In this document: one piece after another, positions 1 to 10,909 of the stretch
Layout of the letters: every line of letters begins with the position of its first letter
Position numbering within the stretch: position 1 is the first letter of the stretch
Source of the DNA: Phyllobates terribilis
Lineage: Eukaryota
Assembly: GCF_046119375.1 (NCBI RefSeq)
Contig: NW_027362763.1
Coordinates: forward strand, 541,074,001-541,138,000
Direction of reading: 5' to 3'
Length of the DNA: 64,000 nucleotides
Position numbers and translations under genes: made by a program
Notes under the pieces: generated by a model
Told to the model about the DNA's origin: nothing
What the model saw: the letters and a program-made list of their open reading frames with translations, nothing else
Databases searched by the model: none

Positions 1-177
1 TGTCAACTCCAGTTTGTACGCGCTGTCTATCCAGACTGTGTCCACCTCTAACCAAGAGGCCACGTTTTGGCGGTGATCCCGCTCTATGTTGGGGCTTCAT
101 CAACCATTGCACGCTACATTTCGAGCTCTTGGCTCATCAATTTGCTTCTGACCGGGCTAAAGTGGCATTTATCATGT
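1..177 (+). pseudogene. gag: 5' part of gag of decayed Ty3/Gypsy element G2, split by insertion of G1
   Basis: From 60 it translates as PRFGGDPALCWGFINHCTLHFELLAHQFASDRAKVAFIM. It continues in frame after the TSD at 5604 (SHLIREALAWLHP), a typical retrotransposon Gag motif. Confidence 0.85.
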
Positions 178-806
178 TGTCACGCTGTCTCTGTATACTG
201 GAGGTAGGGGGCCTAAGCTGACCCTAAGCTGGGGCCCTGACTAATCCCTCAACCTGGAGGTACTGTTAAAGGTACAGAGGTCCAGGCCGCCAGCGTAACC
301 CCTACCTCCTGAAGATCCCTGCACCTCAGTAATCTAGTCCTGAGAAGGACCCCGATCACAACCAAAGGGAACAAGAAATAATATGCCCAAACACAGTATT
401 TAGACGAACGAGACAGTACAAGGGAAAAACCAAAACCACCTTGCATACAAACAACTTCTCAACTACAACAGAGGGAAAACCAACGGGAAAGGAGATAAAT
501 GATAAAGCGAGGAAAGGGAAAAAACACTTCCAAATACACTTATCTCAGCAACTCCAAACACCACGATCCGCTCTGTCAGTCTGAATGAAATGCTTTCACC
601 GACACCTCCCAAACAGACCAGCAGGTATATGAAGGAGTCTCACTACAGAAGTATTGATTGCAGCTGGGCGAGGCTGGACCTCATCTAGCCCAGAGAGAGA
701 GAGAATTAACTCCCTCACTGCCGAGAAACACAAAGCACCAACAAGTCAGCTGCGAGAAGTCAGGCTGTGTACTCGTGACGATCTTCGTGGCAACACACCC
801 GTGACA
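178..806 (-). repeat. 3' LTR of G1 (629 bp)
   Basis: Direct repeat of 4992-5598, identical by eye except for a 22-bp indel; adjacent to the PPT. Confidence 0.95.
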
Positions 807-3800
807 GTACCCCCCCTTCTACGAGGGGCCTCCGGACCCTCAGGGCCAGGTTTATCCGGGTGAGTCGTGTGGAAGGCCCGAACTAATCGGTCTGCGTTAA
901 TATCCGACGCAGGAACCCACATCCTCTCCTCAGGACCATACCCCTTCCAATGAACCAGGTACTGAAGGGACCGGCGATTAAAGCGTGAATCAATGACCCT
1001 CGATACCTGGAACTCCAAGTTACCATTGACAACCACTGGAGGGGGAGGTAAAAGTGACGGTACCACCGGCGCCACATACCTCTTAAGCAATGATCTGTGA
1101 AACACGTTGTGAATTTTAAACGTAGGGGGGAGGTCAAGACGGAATGCCACCGGATTAATAATAGAACTGATTCTGTACGGCCCGATGAACCTGGGACCCA
1201 GTTTCCAGGAGGGAACCTTAAGTTTTATATTCCTGGTAGACAACCATACCCGATCGTTCACACTTAGGTCCGGACCAGACACTCTCCTCCTATCAGCCAT
1301 ACGTTTGTATCGGTTCCCCATAGTATTCAGATTCTTCAGCACCCCTCTCCATACTGAAGCGAGTGATGAGGAAAATCGTTCCTCCTCAGGAACCCCCGAA
1401 GAGCCCCCCCCACTGAAAGTACAAAACTGGGGGTGAAAACCATATGCCCCAAAAAACGGGGACTTACCAGTGGACTCGCTCCGCCTATTATTAAGAGCAA
1501 ACTCTGCCAGAGGTAAGAAAGAAGCCCAGTCCTCCTGGTTCTCTGACACAAAACACCGGAGATATGTCTCCAAGCTCTGGTTCATACGTTCCGTCTGACC
1601 ATTGGTCTGAGGATGAAAAGCCGATGAGAATGACAACTGCATCCCCCGCCGTGCACAAAACGCCTTCCAGAACTTAGACACAAACTGAGACCCCCGATCA
1701 GACACCACCTCGGAGGGTACCCCGTGAAGCCTCACAATCTCCCCAATGAACACCTGCGCAAGAGTTTTAGCATTAGGGAGAGCCGGAAGAGCGATAAAAT
1801 GTGCCATCTTGCTGAACCTGTCCACTACAACGAGTATGACCGTTTTACCCGAAGACGGAGGGAGGTCCGTAATAAAGTCCATAGACAGACGAGTCCAAGG
1901 ACGCTCCGGGATCTTCAAAGGTAAGAGGGCCCCAGACGGACGGGTATGTGAGGTCTTAGAGCGCGCACAAACCCCACAGGACGCGACAAAAGTTACCACC
2001 TCCTTATGTAAATTAGGCCACCAAAACCGACGCGAGAGGAGATCCACAGTAGCTTTACTCCCCGGGTGTCCTGCAAAAACTGAGTTATGGTGTGCCTCGA
2101 TCACCTTTTGTCGCAACTGATCTGGAACAAACAATCTCCCTGGAGGTCCAACAGGGGCGTCCCCCTGAGCCTCCAATACCTCCTCCTCCAGCTCAGAGCA
2201 TACTGCCGAAACCACCACCCCCTCCAGAAGGATAGGAATCGGGTCGTCCGTATTCCCGGCCCCCGGGAAACTACGAGATAAGGCATCCGCCTTTACATTT
2301 TTTGACCCAGGACGATATGTAACGACAAAATTAAACCTGGTAAAAAACAATGACCACCTAGCTTGTCTGGGATTCAGACGTTTCGCGGACTCCAGATATA
2401 GCAGGTTCTTGTGATCGGTGATGACGGTGACCGGATGAACAGCCCCCTCCAGAAAATGGCGCCACTCCTCAAAAGCTAACTTAATGGCCAAGAGTTCCCT
2501 ATTGCCGACATCGTAATTCCTCTCAGCGGACGACAATTTTTTAGAGAAAAAGGCGCATGGATGCCACTTACCAGGGGACGAACCCTGTGACAATACTGCT
2601 CCCACCCCTACCTCGGAAGCGTCTACCTCTACAATGAATGGCTGAGACGCATCAGGTTGAATGAGTATGGGCGCCGAGGCAAAACATTTTTTCAAAGAGG
2701 AGAATGCTTGACAAGCCTTGTCAGACCACCTAGAAAAATCCGTCCCCTTTTTAGTCATGTCAGTGAGAGGCTTAACCATGGACGAGAAATTACGAATGAA
2801 CTTCCGGTAATAATTAGCAAACCCCAGGAAACGTTGTAGTGCCTTAAGATTCTCTGGCCGATCCCACTCAAGAACTGCCCGCACTTTCCCAGGGTCCATA
2901 CGAAAACCGGACGCTGAAACCAGGAAGCCTAAAAACTGGAGTTCCTGTACGGCGAACACACACTTTTCCCACTTGGCATACAGTTTATTATCCCGCAAGA
3001 TCTGTAACACCTGCCTAACGTGCTCCTGATGAGACACCAGATCCGGCGAGTAAATTAGGATATCATCCAGATATATGACAACAAACTGTCCCACCAAGCG
3101 GCGAAAAATGTCATTAACAAAGTGTTGGAACACCGCCGGGGCATTAGTCAGACCGAATGGCATGACAAGGTTCTCATAATGCCCCTCCGGAGTGTTAAAC
3201 GCCGTCTTCCACTCATCCCCCTCCTTCATCCTAATCAGATTGTACGCCCCCCTGAGATCCAACTTAGAAAACCATTTGGCGCCCACGATCTGATTAAAGA
3301 GATCGGGAATAAGTGGGAGCGGATACGGATCTCGGACCGTAATCCGATTAAGTTCACGGAAATCCAGGCAAGGGCGTAGGCCTCCATCTTTCTTCTTAAC
3401 AAAGAAGAACCCCGCAGCCACCGGTGAAGATGAAGGTCTAATATGCCCCTTAGCCAGACTTTCTGAGATATAATCCTTCATGGCCTGCCTCTCAGGACCA
3501 GAAAGGTTATACAACCTAGCTTTAGGTAACTTGGCCTCAGGGAGCAGTTTTACAGCACAGTCATACACGCGATGAGGAGGTAGTTCCTGACACCCTTTCT
3601 CCGAGAATACATCCTCAAAGTCCGCCAGAAATGGAGGTAAGACCCAAGGAGTAACCGCACCAATGACCGTGTTCATGCAGTTTTTATTACAGAATTTACT
3701 CCATTGGCTTATCTCCCTGGTTTGCCAATTAATAACCGGGTTATGCTTAGCTAACCAAGGAAGGCCCAACACAATAGGAGTGGGAAGACCCTCCAACACG

Positions 3801-4120
3801 TAGCAAGACAACAGTTCTTTATGTATTGCCCCCACTTGAAGTTTTACGTCATGCACAACTTGCAAAAAACTTCCCTGCCCGAGAGGCCTGGCATCGATCG
3901 AGAATATGGGGATGGGTTTAGCCAACTCACTCAACCGCATACCTTGAACCCGGGCAAACCGAGCATCAACCAGATTAGCCCCGGCCCCACTATCCAGAAG
4001 AACAGATATCCTCTCAGTTCTCGTACCCACCACCACCTCCGCCGGTACGAGAAACTGAGACGAACCTAGGGACGAAATACCTACTCCCAGATTGCCGTCC
4101 ACCACACAACCTGGGATCAA
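746..4120 (-). CDS. pol: Pol polyprotein (protease, RT, RNase H, integrase, chromodomain), expressed by -1 frameshift from gag
   Basis: 1124-aa ORF with LLDSGA protease, YLDD RT, DAS..E..D RNase H, H-H-C-C zinc finger, DDE integrase, GPY/F motif and a C-terminal chromodomain (YLVHWKGYGPEERMW). Confidence 0.95.
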   Translation of the reverse strand: MIPGCVVDGNLGVGISSLGSSQFLVPAEVVVGTRTERISVLLDSGAGANLVDARFARVQGMRLSELAKPIPIFSIDARPLGQGSFLQVVHDVKLQVGAIHKELLSCYVLEGLPTPIVLGLPWLAKHNPVINWQTREISQWSKFCNKNCMNTVIGAVTPWVLPPFLADFEDVFSEKGCQELPPHRVYDCAVKLLPEAKLPKARLYNLSGPERQAMKDYISESLAKGHIRPSSSPVAAGFFFVKKKDGGLRPCLDFRELNRITVRDPYPLPLIPDLFNQIVGAKWFSKLDLRGAYNLIRMKEGDEWKTAFNTPEGHYENLVMPFGLTNAPAVFQHFVNDIFRRLVGQFVVIYLDDILIYSPDLVSHQEHVRQVLQILRDNKLYAKWEKCVFAVQELQFLGFLVSASGFRMDPGKVRAVLEWDRPENLKALQRFLGFANYYRKFIRNFSSMVKPLTDMTKKGTDFSRWSDKACQAFSSLKKCFASAPILIQPDASQPFIVEVDASEVGVGAVLSQGSSPGKWHPCAFFSKKLSSAERNYDVGNRELLAIKLAFEEWRHFLEGAVHPVTVITDHKNLLYLESAKRLNPRQARWSLFFTRFNFVVTYRPGSKNVKADALSRSFPGAGNTDDPIPILLEGVVVSAVCSELEEEVLEAQGDAPVGPPGRLFVPDQLRQKVIEAHHNSVFAGHPGSKATVDLLSRRFWWPNLHKEVVTFVASCGVCARSKTSHTRPSGALLPLKIPERPWTRLSMDFITDLPPSSGKTVILVVVDRFSKMAHFIALPALPNAKTLAQVFIGEIVRLHGVPSEVVSDRGSQFVSKFWKAFCARRGMQLSFSSAFHPQTNGQTERMNQSLETYLRCFVSENQEDWASFLPLAEFALNNRRSESTGKSPFFGAYGFHPQFCTFSGGGSSGVPEEERFSSSLASVWRGVLKNLNTMGNRYKRMADRRRVSGPDLSVNDRVWLSTRNIKLKVPSWKLGPRFIGPYRISSIINPVAFRLDLPPTFKIHNVFHRSLLKRYVAPVVPSLLPPPPVVVNGNLEFQVSRVIDSRFNRRSLQYLVHWKGYGPEERMWVPASDINADRLVRAFHTTHPDKPGPEGPEAPRRRGGTVTGVLPRRSSRVHSLTSRS
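807..820 (-). promoter_or_regulatory. Polypurine tract of G1
   Basis: AGAAGGGGGGGTAC on the minus strand directly before the 3' LTR. Confidence 0.9.
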
Positions 4121-4129
4121 CAGTTTTCC
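4070..4129 (-). promoter_or_regulatory. Predicted -1 ribosomal frameshift signal (G_GAA_AAC plus H-type pseudoknot)
   Basis: Heptamer at 4129-4123, 6-nt spacer, stem TCCCAGGTTG/CAATCTGGGA; loop GGACGG can pair with downstream TCGTCC; pol is in the -1 frame. Confidence 0.7.
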
Positions 4130-4956
4130 GACGACTCTTCACTCTGCAAGGGACGGGATGGACACCCCCCAATAAAATGTCCCTTTCTCCCGCAGAAGAA
4201 ACACCTTCCTGCCTTATGGCGCACCACCGGTCCCCTCCCCCGAAATGATGTCCCTCCTAATTGCATAGGCTCCTCTGGACTGACCAGGGGAACCACCATA
4301 TGAGGGGACCTTGTAGGAGGTGGAGTCATCACAGGGGGTAGAGTTATCCCGCACATCTCCCGAAGCCGTCTGTCCACGCGAATAGCGAGGGCCATAGCGG
4401 CTTCCAGAGACACGGGAGAGTCATACTGTGCCAACACATCCTGTAATTTGTCGGATAAACCATGACAAAACTGGCTCCTAAGAGCCGGGTCATTCCACTG
4501 GGTGTCCGTGGCCCACCTACGGAACTCCGAACAGAATTCCTCCGCCGGACGATCTCCCTGCTGGATCCTACGTAACTTAGACTCAGCAAGGGAGATCCGA
4601 TCTGGGTCATCATATACGAGTCCCAGGGCAGCGAAAAACCTATCCACTGACTGGAGAGCCGGGGAACCCGGGGGAAGAGAGAACGCCCAAGATTGTGGGT
4701 CCCCTTGTAGGAGCGAGATGACAATTCCCACCCTTTGTTCTTCACTCCCCGATGACCGAGGCCGCAGCCGAAAGTACAATTTACATGCCTCCCGGAAAAC
4801 AAAAAACTTGTCCCGCCCCCCAGTGAACCTATCAGGGAGAGCTACTTTAGGTTCTGGTCCGGCTTGCTCCTGAGGATGCCAAACCTTGGACCTAACGTCC
4901 GCCAGCTCCATGGACAAACTCTGCAATTGCCGAGCTAGACCGGCTACTGGATCCAT
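4117..4956 (-). CDS. gag: Gag of G1
   Basis: 279-aa ORF with LPDRFTG and capsid-like motifs and a CCHC knuckle CFFCGRKGHFIGGC. Confidence 0.93.
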   Translation of the reverse strand: MDPVAGLARQLQSLSMELADVRSKVWHPQEQAGPEPKVALPDRFTGGRDKFFVFREACKLYFRLRPRSSGSEEQRVGIVISLLQGDPQSWAFSLPPGSPALQSVDRFFAALGLVYDDPDRISLAESKLRRIQQGDRPAEEFCSEFRRWATDTQWNDPALRSQFCHGLSDKLQDVLAQYDSPVSLEAAMALAIRVDRRLREMCGITLPPVMTPPPTRSPHMVVPLVSPEEPMQLGGTSFRGRGPVVRHKAGRCFFCGRKGHFIGGCPSRPLQSEESSENC

Positions 4957-4980
4957 AGTAGCTGGAGAAAAACTAAGTTG

Positions 4981-4990
4981 GTCGGTGAAA
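4981..4990 (-). promoter_or_regulatory. Putative self-priming site (Tf1/sushi type) of G1
   Basis: TTTCACCGAC, 1 nt after the 5' LTR, is complementary to GTCGGTGAAA inside the LTR (5395-5386); no TGG tRNA-type PBS. Confidence 0.65.
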
Positions 4991-4991
4991 A

Positions 4992-5598
4992 TGTCACGCT
5001 GTCTCTGTATACTGGAGGTAGGGGGCCTAAGCTGACCCTAAGCTGGGGCCCTGACTAATCCCTCAACCTGGAGGTACTGTTAAAGCGTAACCCCTACCTC
5101 CTGAAGATCCCTGCACCTCAGTAATCTAGTCCTGAGAAGGACCCCGATCACAACCAAAGGGAACAAGAAATAATATGCCCAAACACAGTATTTAGACGAA
5201 CGAGACAGTACAAGGGAAAAACCAAAACCACCTTGCATACAAACAACTTCTCAACTACAACAGAGGGAAAACCAACGGGAAAGGAGATAAATGATAAAGC
5301 GAGGAAAGGGAAAAAACACTTCCAAATACACTTATCTCAGCAACTCCAAACACCACGATCCGCTCTGTCAGTCTGAATGAAATGCTTTCACCGACACCTC
5401 CCAAACAGACCAGCAGGTATATGAAGGAGTCTCACTACAGAAGTATTGATTGCAGCTGGGCGAGGCTGGACCTCATCTAGCCCAGAGAGAGAGAGAATTA
5501 ACTCCCTCACTGCCGAGAAACACAAAGCACCAACAAGTCAGCTGCGAGAAGTCAGGCTGTGTACTCGTGACGATCTTCGTGGCAACACACCCGTGACA
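4992..5598 (-). repeat. 5' LTR of G1 (607 bp)
   Basis: Direct repeat of 178-806 lacking 22 bp. Confidence 0.95.
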
Positions 5599-5603
5599 CA
5601 TGT

Positions 5604-8600
5604 CTCATCTCATCAGAGAGGCGTTGGCGTGGCTCCACCCCCTACGGGAGAGAGGGGATCCCATGGTGTCGAATCTTCAGGCTTTCCTTGTGACCTTCCA
5701 CAGGGTTTTTGATGAACCCAGCCGCACATCCTTGACTGCCTCTTCTCTTCTTCGTCTATGCCAAGGGAGTCTCACTCTGGGTCAGTACGTGGACCCTCGC
5801 GTCTGAACTGACCTGGAATAACGAGGCCCTGGTGTCTACCTTTTGGGAGGGCCTTTCTGGATGGATCTAGGATGAACAAGCCGGTCGTGAAATACCCTCC
5901 TTTCTGGACGACCTGGTGTCTTTGGCCACGTGGATCGACATCCAGTTCCAGGAGCATTCTAAGGAGGTGATCCGTGAGAAGAAATCTCTGTGCCTTACAC
6001 CATACTTCCAAAGGCCAGTCTTCCTACAGGCTTCTACCTCGGCATCTACTTCTGAAGCTATGCAGGTAGACCAGGTTAAGATGGGCAAGTCTCTCCAGGA
6101 GGTCCGCCACACTGAGGGCAGATGTTTCTACTGTGGCTGTTTGGAACATCTAATCCACTCCTGTCCAGAAAGACCGGGAAACTCCAGTGCCTAGGATTGC
6201 TTGGAAAGGACATCCTGGGCAAAAATTCTTCCTCTCCATCCCTGACTCTGTCGGTATCGATAACCTGCGGGAAGATTCACTTCTTCGAGACTGCCTGTCT
6301 GGATTCCGGTGCCGCTTGGAATCTCATCCAACAGGCCCTTGTGGAACAGTTTCAGATCCCCACTCAAAGTCTATCGGATTTGTTAGCAGTTTCCTCCATG
6401 GATGGGAAGCTTCTTTCAGAGTCCATCTTGTTCATCACCAAGCCTGTAGTTCTGTCCGGCCTCTCTCATCCTTTGCTGCTAGGATTTTCTTGGCTATAGA
6501 GACAGGAGCCTGTCTTGAATTGGAGCTCGGGTGAGGTGATCCGCTGGGGACAGCAGTGTCATAAGACCAGTTTATATTCCTATCCGTCCTGCTCGACCTC
6601 TGTCCACCCCAGCCAGCCTAACTGGCTTGCCGGCACCTTACTGGTCATATGTGGATGTCTTTGACAAGAAGGAGGCTGAGACACTACCTCCTCATAGGCC
6701 GTATGACTATCCCATCGACCTCATTCCTGGTGCTTCACCTCCTTGTGGTCGAATCTACCCTCTGTCACTGGCTGAGACCCGTGTCATGTCTGAGTACATT
6801 GAAGAGAATCTTGCTAGGGGATTAATCCAGAAATCCACCTCTCAGGCTGGAGCAGGATTCTTCTTCGTGAAGAAGAAGGACGGCTCTTTTCATCCTTGTA
6901 TCGACTATAGGGGCCTAAATCAGATTAAGATCAAAAATAAGTATCCCTTGCCTCTCATCTCGAAGTTGTTTGACTGCCTGAAAGGCGCGAAGCTCTTCAC
7001 TAAACTTGATCTTCGTAGTGCGTACAATGTGATCCGGATTCACCAGGGAGATGAGTGGAAGATGGCATTCAATACTCGAGATGGCCACTAAGAGTACCCC
7101 GTGATGCCCTTCGGACTCTTCAACGCGCCAGCAGTCTTTCAGGAGCTGGCGCACGACTTCTTCCGAGATCTCCTATACTCATGCGTGGTAGTGTATCTGG
7201 ACGATATCCTGGTGTTCTCCCCTGATTTGCCTTCTCATTGGAGAGATGTTCGACAGGTATTGCTGAGGCTCAGGAAGAATCGCCTGTATGCCAAGTTCGA
7301 GAAATGCGTCTTTGAACAGACTTCTCTTCCATTTTTGGGATACATAATTTCGGAGACAGGACTTAGGATGGATCCCGAGAAAGTGTATGCTGTCCTAAAA
7401 TGGCCCTGACCTGAGGGGCTGAAGGCTATTCAGCGGTTTTTGGGATTTGCTAGTTATTACTGCCTCTTCATTTCTCATTTCTCTTCCCAGACTGCTCCCA
7501 TCTCTGCCCTGACCGGCAAAGGTGCTAATCCCAAGGAATGAATTACAGAGGCGGAAAGTGCCTTTGTGTCCTTGAAACATGCTTTCTCTTCTGTTCCAGT
7601 GCAACATCATCCTGACTGTAACAAACAGTTTTTACTGGAGGTTGATGCCTCTTCCTCAGGGGCCGGAGCAGTGCTCACCCAGAAATCCTTGTCCGGGTGA
7701 ATAGTGATCTGCGGCTTCCTTTCTAAGCTCTTCTCCCCTTCTGAGCACAATTACTCCATTGGAGATCGGGAGCTGCTTGCCAACAAATTAGCACTGGAGG
7801 AGTGGCAGTTCTTACTAAAAGGGGCCCTGCATTCAGTGGTCATCTACACAGACCATAAGAATCTTGTCTACTTACAGTCTGCTCAAAGAGTAAATCCTTG
7901 TCAGGCCAGATGGTCTCTATTCTTTGCTCGCTTCAACTTCACTTTCCATTATCGCCTGGCAGACAAGAATATTAAGGCTGACGCACTCTCCCGCTCATTC
8001 CTGTCTACCAATCAAGAGTAGGAGCCTCTACATATCATTGACCCCTCCAGAATAATGACTGTTGCCTTGTTGAACCTGTCTCATCTTCCTCCTGGTAAGA
8101 CCTTTGTGGTGGCTCCGGAAAGGAGGAGGGTCTTACTCTGGGGTCATTAGTCCAAACTGGCTGGACATGCCGGTCAAAGGAAGACGCTTCTGCTACTTTC
8201 CCGACATTATTGGTGGCCGACTCTGCGCAAGGATGTTGCGGATTTTGTCTCCACTTGTTCTTCCTGTGCCCGTAATAAGACACGTAGGCAACTTCCGACT
8301 GGTCGACTTCTTCCTCTACTCGTGACTTCTGCTCCCTGGCAACAAATAGCTATGGATTTCATCACAGATCTTCTTGTATTGGTCGGTTTTACTGTCATAT
8401 GGGTGGTCGCTGACCGCTTCTCCAGGATGGCTCACTTCATTCCCCTGCCAGGTCTTCCCTCTGTGCCTGTACGGGCTAAAGACTTCATCCCTCACATCTT
8501 CGGTCTCCATGGCCTACCTCTTCATTTTGTCTCAGATAGAGGAGTTCAGTTTACTTCACGCATCTGGAGAGCCACGTGCAGGCTGCTGGATGTCACATTG

Positions 8601-9397
8601 GATTTCTCTTCGGCCTATCATCCTCAGTCCAATGGCCAGGTGGAACGTATCAATCTGATCCTCACTAGTTTCCTTCGGCACTTTGTCAATGCTCATCATA
8701 GCGATTGGGTAGAACTTCTGCCTTGGGCCGAATTTTCTTACAACAACCATGTGAGTGAGTCCTCAGCCAAGTCTCTGTTCTTTGTGGTGTACGGTCAGCA
8801 TCCCAATATTCTGTTTCCTGTTTCTACTTCTAAGGACAATCCGGCTGCGGAGTCTCTCATCAGAGACTTTTCGGTGATTTGGGACGACACTAAATCTGCA
8901 CTGCTACAGTCCTCGGAGTAGATGAAGAAGCATGCTGATAAGAGACATCTGGATCCGTCTCTATTTCATCTGGGAGACAAGATCTGGCTTTCCTCCAAAT
9001 ATATCCATCTCAAGATACCATCATACAAGTTAGGCCCACGCTTCATTAGTCCTTTCGAGATTCAGAGCCAAATAAATCCAGTGGCATACAAGCTGAAACT
9101 ACCTGCCTCCTTACGGTCCCCAATTCCTTTCATGTGTCTCTCCTCAAGCCTGTTGTCCTTAATCCTTTCTCTGACGATCCAGGTACCACTCCAGCTCTAG
9201 TCTCCGCTGAGGATGTCTTTGAGGTAGAAAACATTTTGGCCATCAAGAGGGTAAGAGGAAAGACTTTCTTTCTTGTGGATTGGAAGGGGTTTGGTCCTGG
9301 GGAGAGGTCATTGGAGCCCAGAGAGAACATTCATACTCCACTTCTTCTAGAAAAATTTCTTGCGGACTTGAAGATGAGGGGGCATAAAGGAGGATAC
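5604..9397 (+). pseudogene. Decayed gag-pol of chromovirus G2
   Basis: Broken ORFs with CFYCGCLEH knuckle, G_GGA_AAC slippery site at 6176-6182, LDSGA protease, VVYLDD RT, integrase core, chromodomain (FLVDWKGFGP); many stops and frameshifts; purine tract before 9398. Confidence 0.92.
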
Positions 9398-9530
9398 TGT
9401 AGCGTCGGCGTCTCTGCCTCCTGTCCGACAGAGATGCCGATCCCCTCACCGCCGCGGTCCTGGTCTGGCATCCTCCGACTCCCTCGCTGCACCTGCCTGG
9501 GTTGCGCGCACTGACCTCCAATGTACAAGG
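9398..9530 (+). repeat. Truncated 3' LTR remnant of G2
   Basis: TGTAGCG begins right after the PPT-like AAAGGAGGATAC; GC-rich sequence then gives way to AT-rich DNA. The end point is approximate. Confidence 0.55.
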
Positions 9531-10505
9531 TATGATATTCTATAACATCTCACAAATGCAGGGCACTATAGGGAAGCCCGCACGGCAATGCAAAATTACA
9601 TTTTCCTGCTCACTGATACTTCACCAGTGTGAGAAATGGTGTCGTTCAAGTTTTTTTTGAACTACGAATCAATCTCAAATTGTTTGAATTTACGTGAAAC
9701 CGTCAATTTTAGGAAATTTGACCCACACTTGATCCTCTCATCTCTACTGAAAAACACAAAAAGCCATGCTATAAATGTTAAGAAAATTAAAAAAAACTCA
9801 AAAAAATACATGTCAGAAGAGAAAAAGAACCTGAATGTTTTTTTTCAAAAGGATGTAAAAATGTTGAAAAATAGTATGAGTGTTAAAAATGTAACACAGT
9901 AGGAAATCTTTGTGGAAGCTTTTGATATAGTTTTAAGTGCCAAAGGCAGAAGTGGATGCAAAGAGAAGAAAAATAATGAAGGAATAACTGATTTTTTTCT
10001 CTCCTTTTTTTATCTATTCTGGCTTTGGCACTGAAAACTGCTTAGAAACTACTGCATGTGTGATACAAGCATAAGAACTTCACGCAAAATTCTATTTTGA
10101 AGCAAAGCATTTTATACACTTTAAAAAATACTTGAATTTTTGTGTTTTTAGTTTAATTTTTCTTCCATTTTTCAAATCCCTTTGACAAGCCTTTGGGAGA
10201 ACTCCAGAAATAAGTGTTATTCCCAGGACATACTACAGTTTGAAATAAGAAAGGTGTTTGTCCAAAAATAAATGCATCGATTGGGCCCAAATTAGACAGT
10301 ATTCTAATAACTAGTAACCTCTCAAAGTAAAGTAGACTTATTTATCAAGGGAGATAGAAATTTGTCAATTTTTGTTTCATCTAATAAAGTGAATCTTTTT
10401 TACATCTTGAACAGATTTTTCCCTTTGAAGAATATTATTGTTGAAAGTGCAAATTTACTGGTTTTGGATTGGGGTCTGACAAAGTATTAGCTAATTCTCA
10501 CTATA

Positions 10506-10721
10506 AGGCCACGACCCCACTATCAGTATTTGGTCAGTATTCGGCCAGTATTTTTTCTCAGGAGTGGGATCCAAAACCAGGAGTGGGTGATAAATGTAGA
10601 ATTGGTGACTTGTTTCTATTATACCTTTTTTCTGATTGTTTCTCACCTGGTTTTGGCTCCCACTCCTGAGAAAAAATACTGATGGAATATTGACCAAATA
10701 CTGATAGTCGGGCCATGGCCT
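10506..10721. mobile_element. MITE with long TIRs
   Basis: AGGCC..CTATCAGTATTTGGTCAGTATT is mirrored by AATATTGACCAAATACTGATAG..GGCCT; inner IR CAGGAGTGGGA..CCAAAACCAGG / CCTGGTTTTGG..CCCACTCCTG. Confidence 0.75.
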
Positions 10722-10909
10722 TTAGCTTTCCATCAGGGCATGAACATCACCAGAGACCTTAACCAAGTCACAATTTATTGACTAATTTCCAATATCACCA
10801 GCTGAATGGACTGAAAAGCAGAACCAACATATTCATTCATAATTAGTCATAACTAGATACATAAACATATATTATGTGTCAGCACCCTCTGATTAATAAC
10901 TACATGAAC

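Larger units (their letters stand above)
178..5598 (-). mobile_element. Intact Ty3/Gypsy chromovirus LTR retrotransposon (G1)
   Basis: Two LTRs with TGTCAC...GTGACA ends; 5-bp TSD CATGT at 173-177 and 5599-5603; intact gag and pol ORFs; PPT present. Confidence 0.97.
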
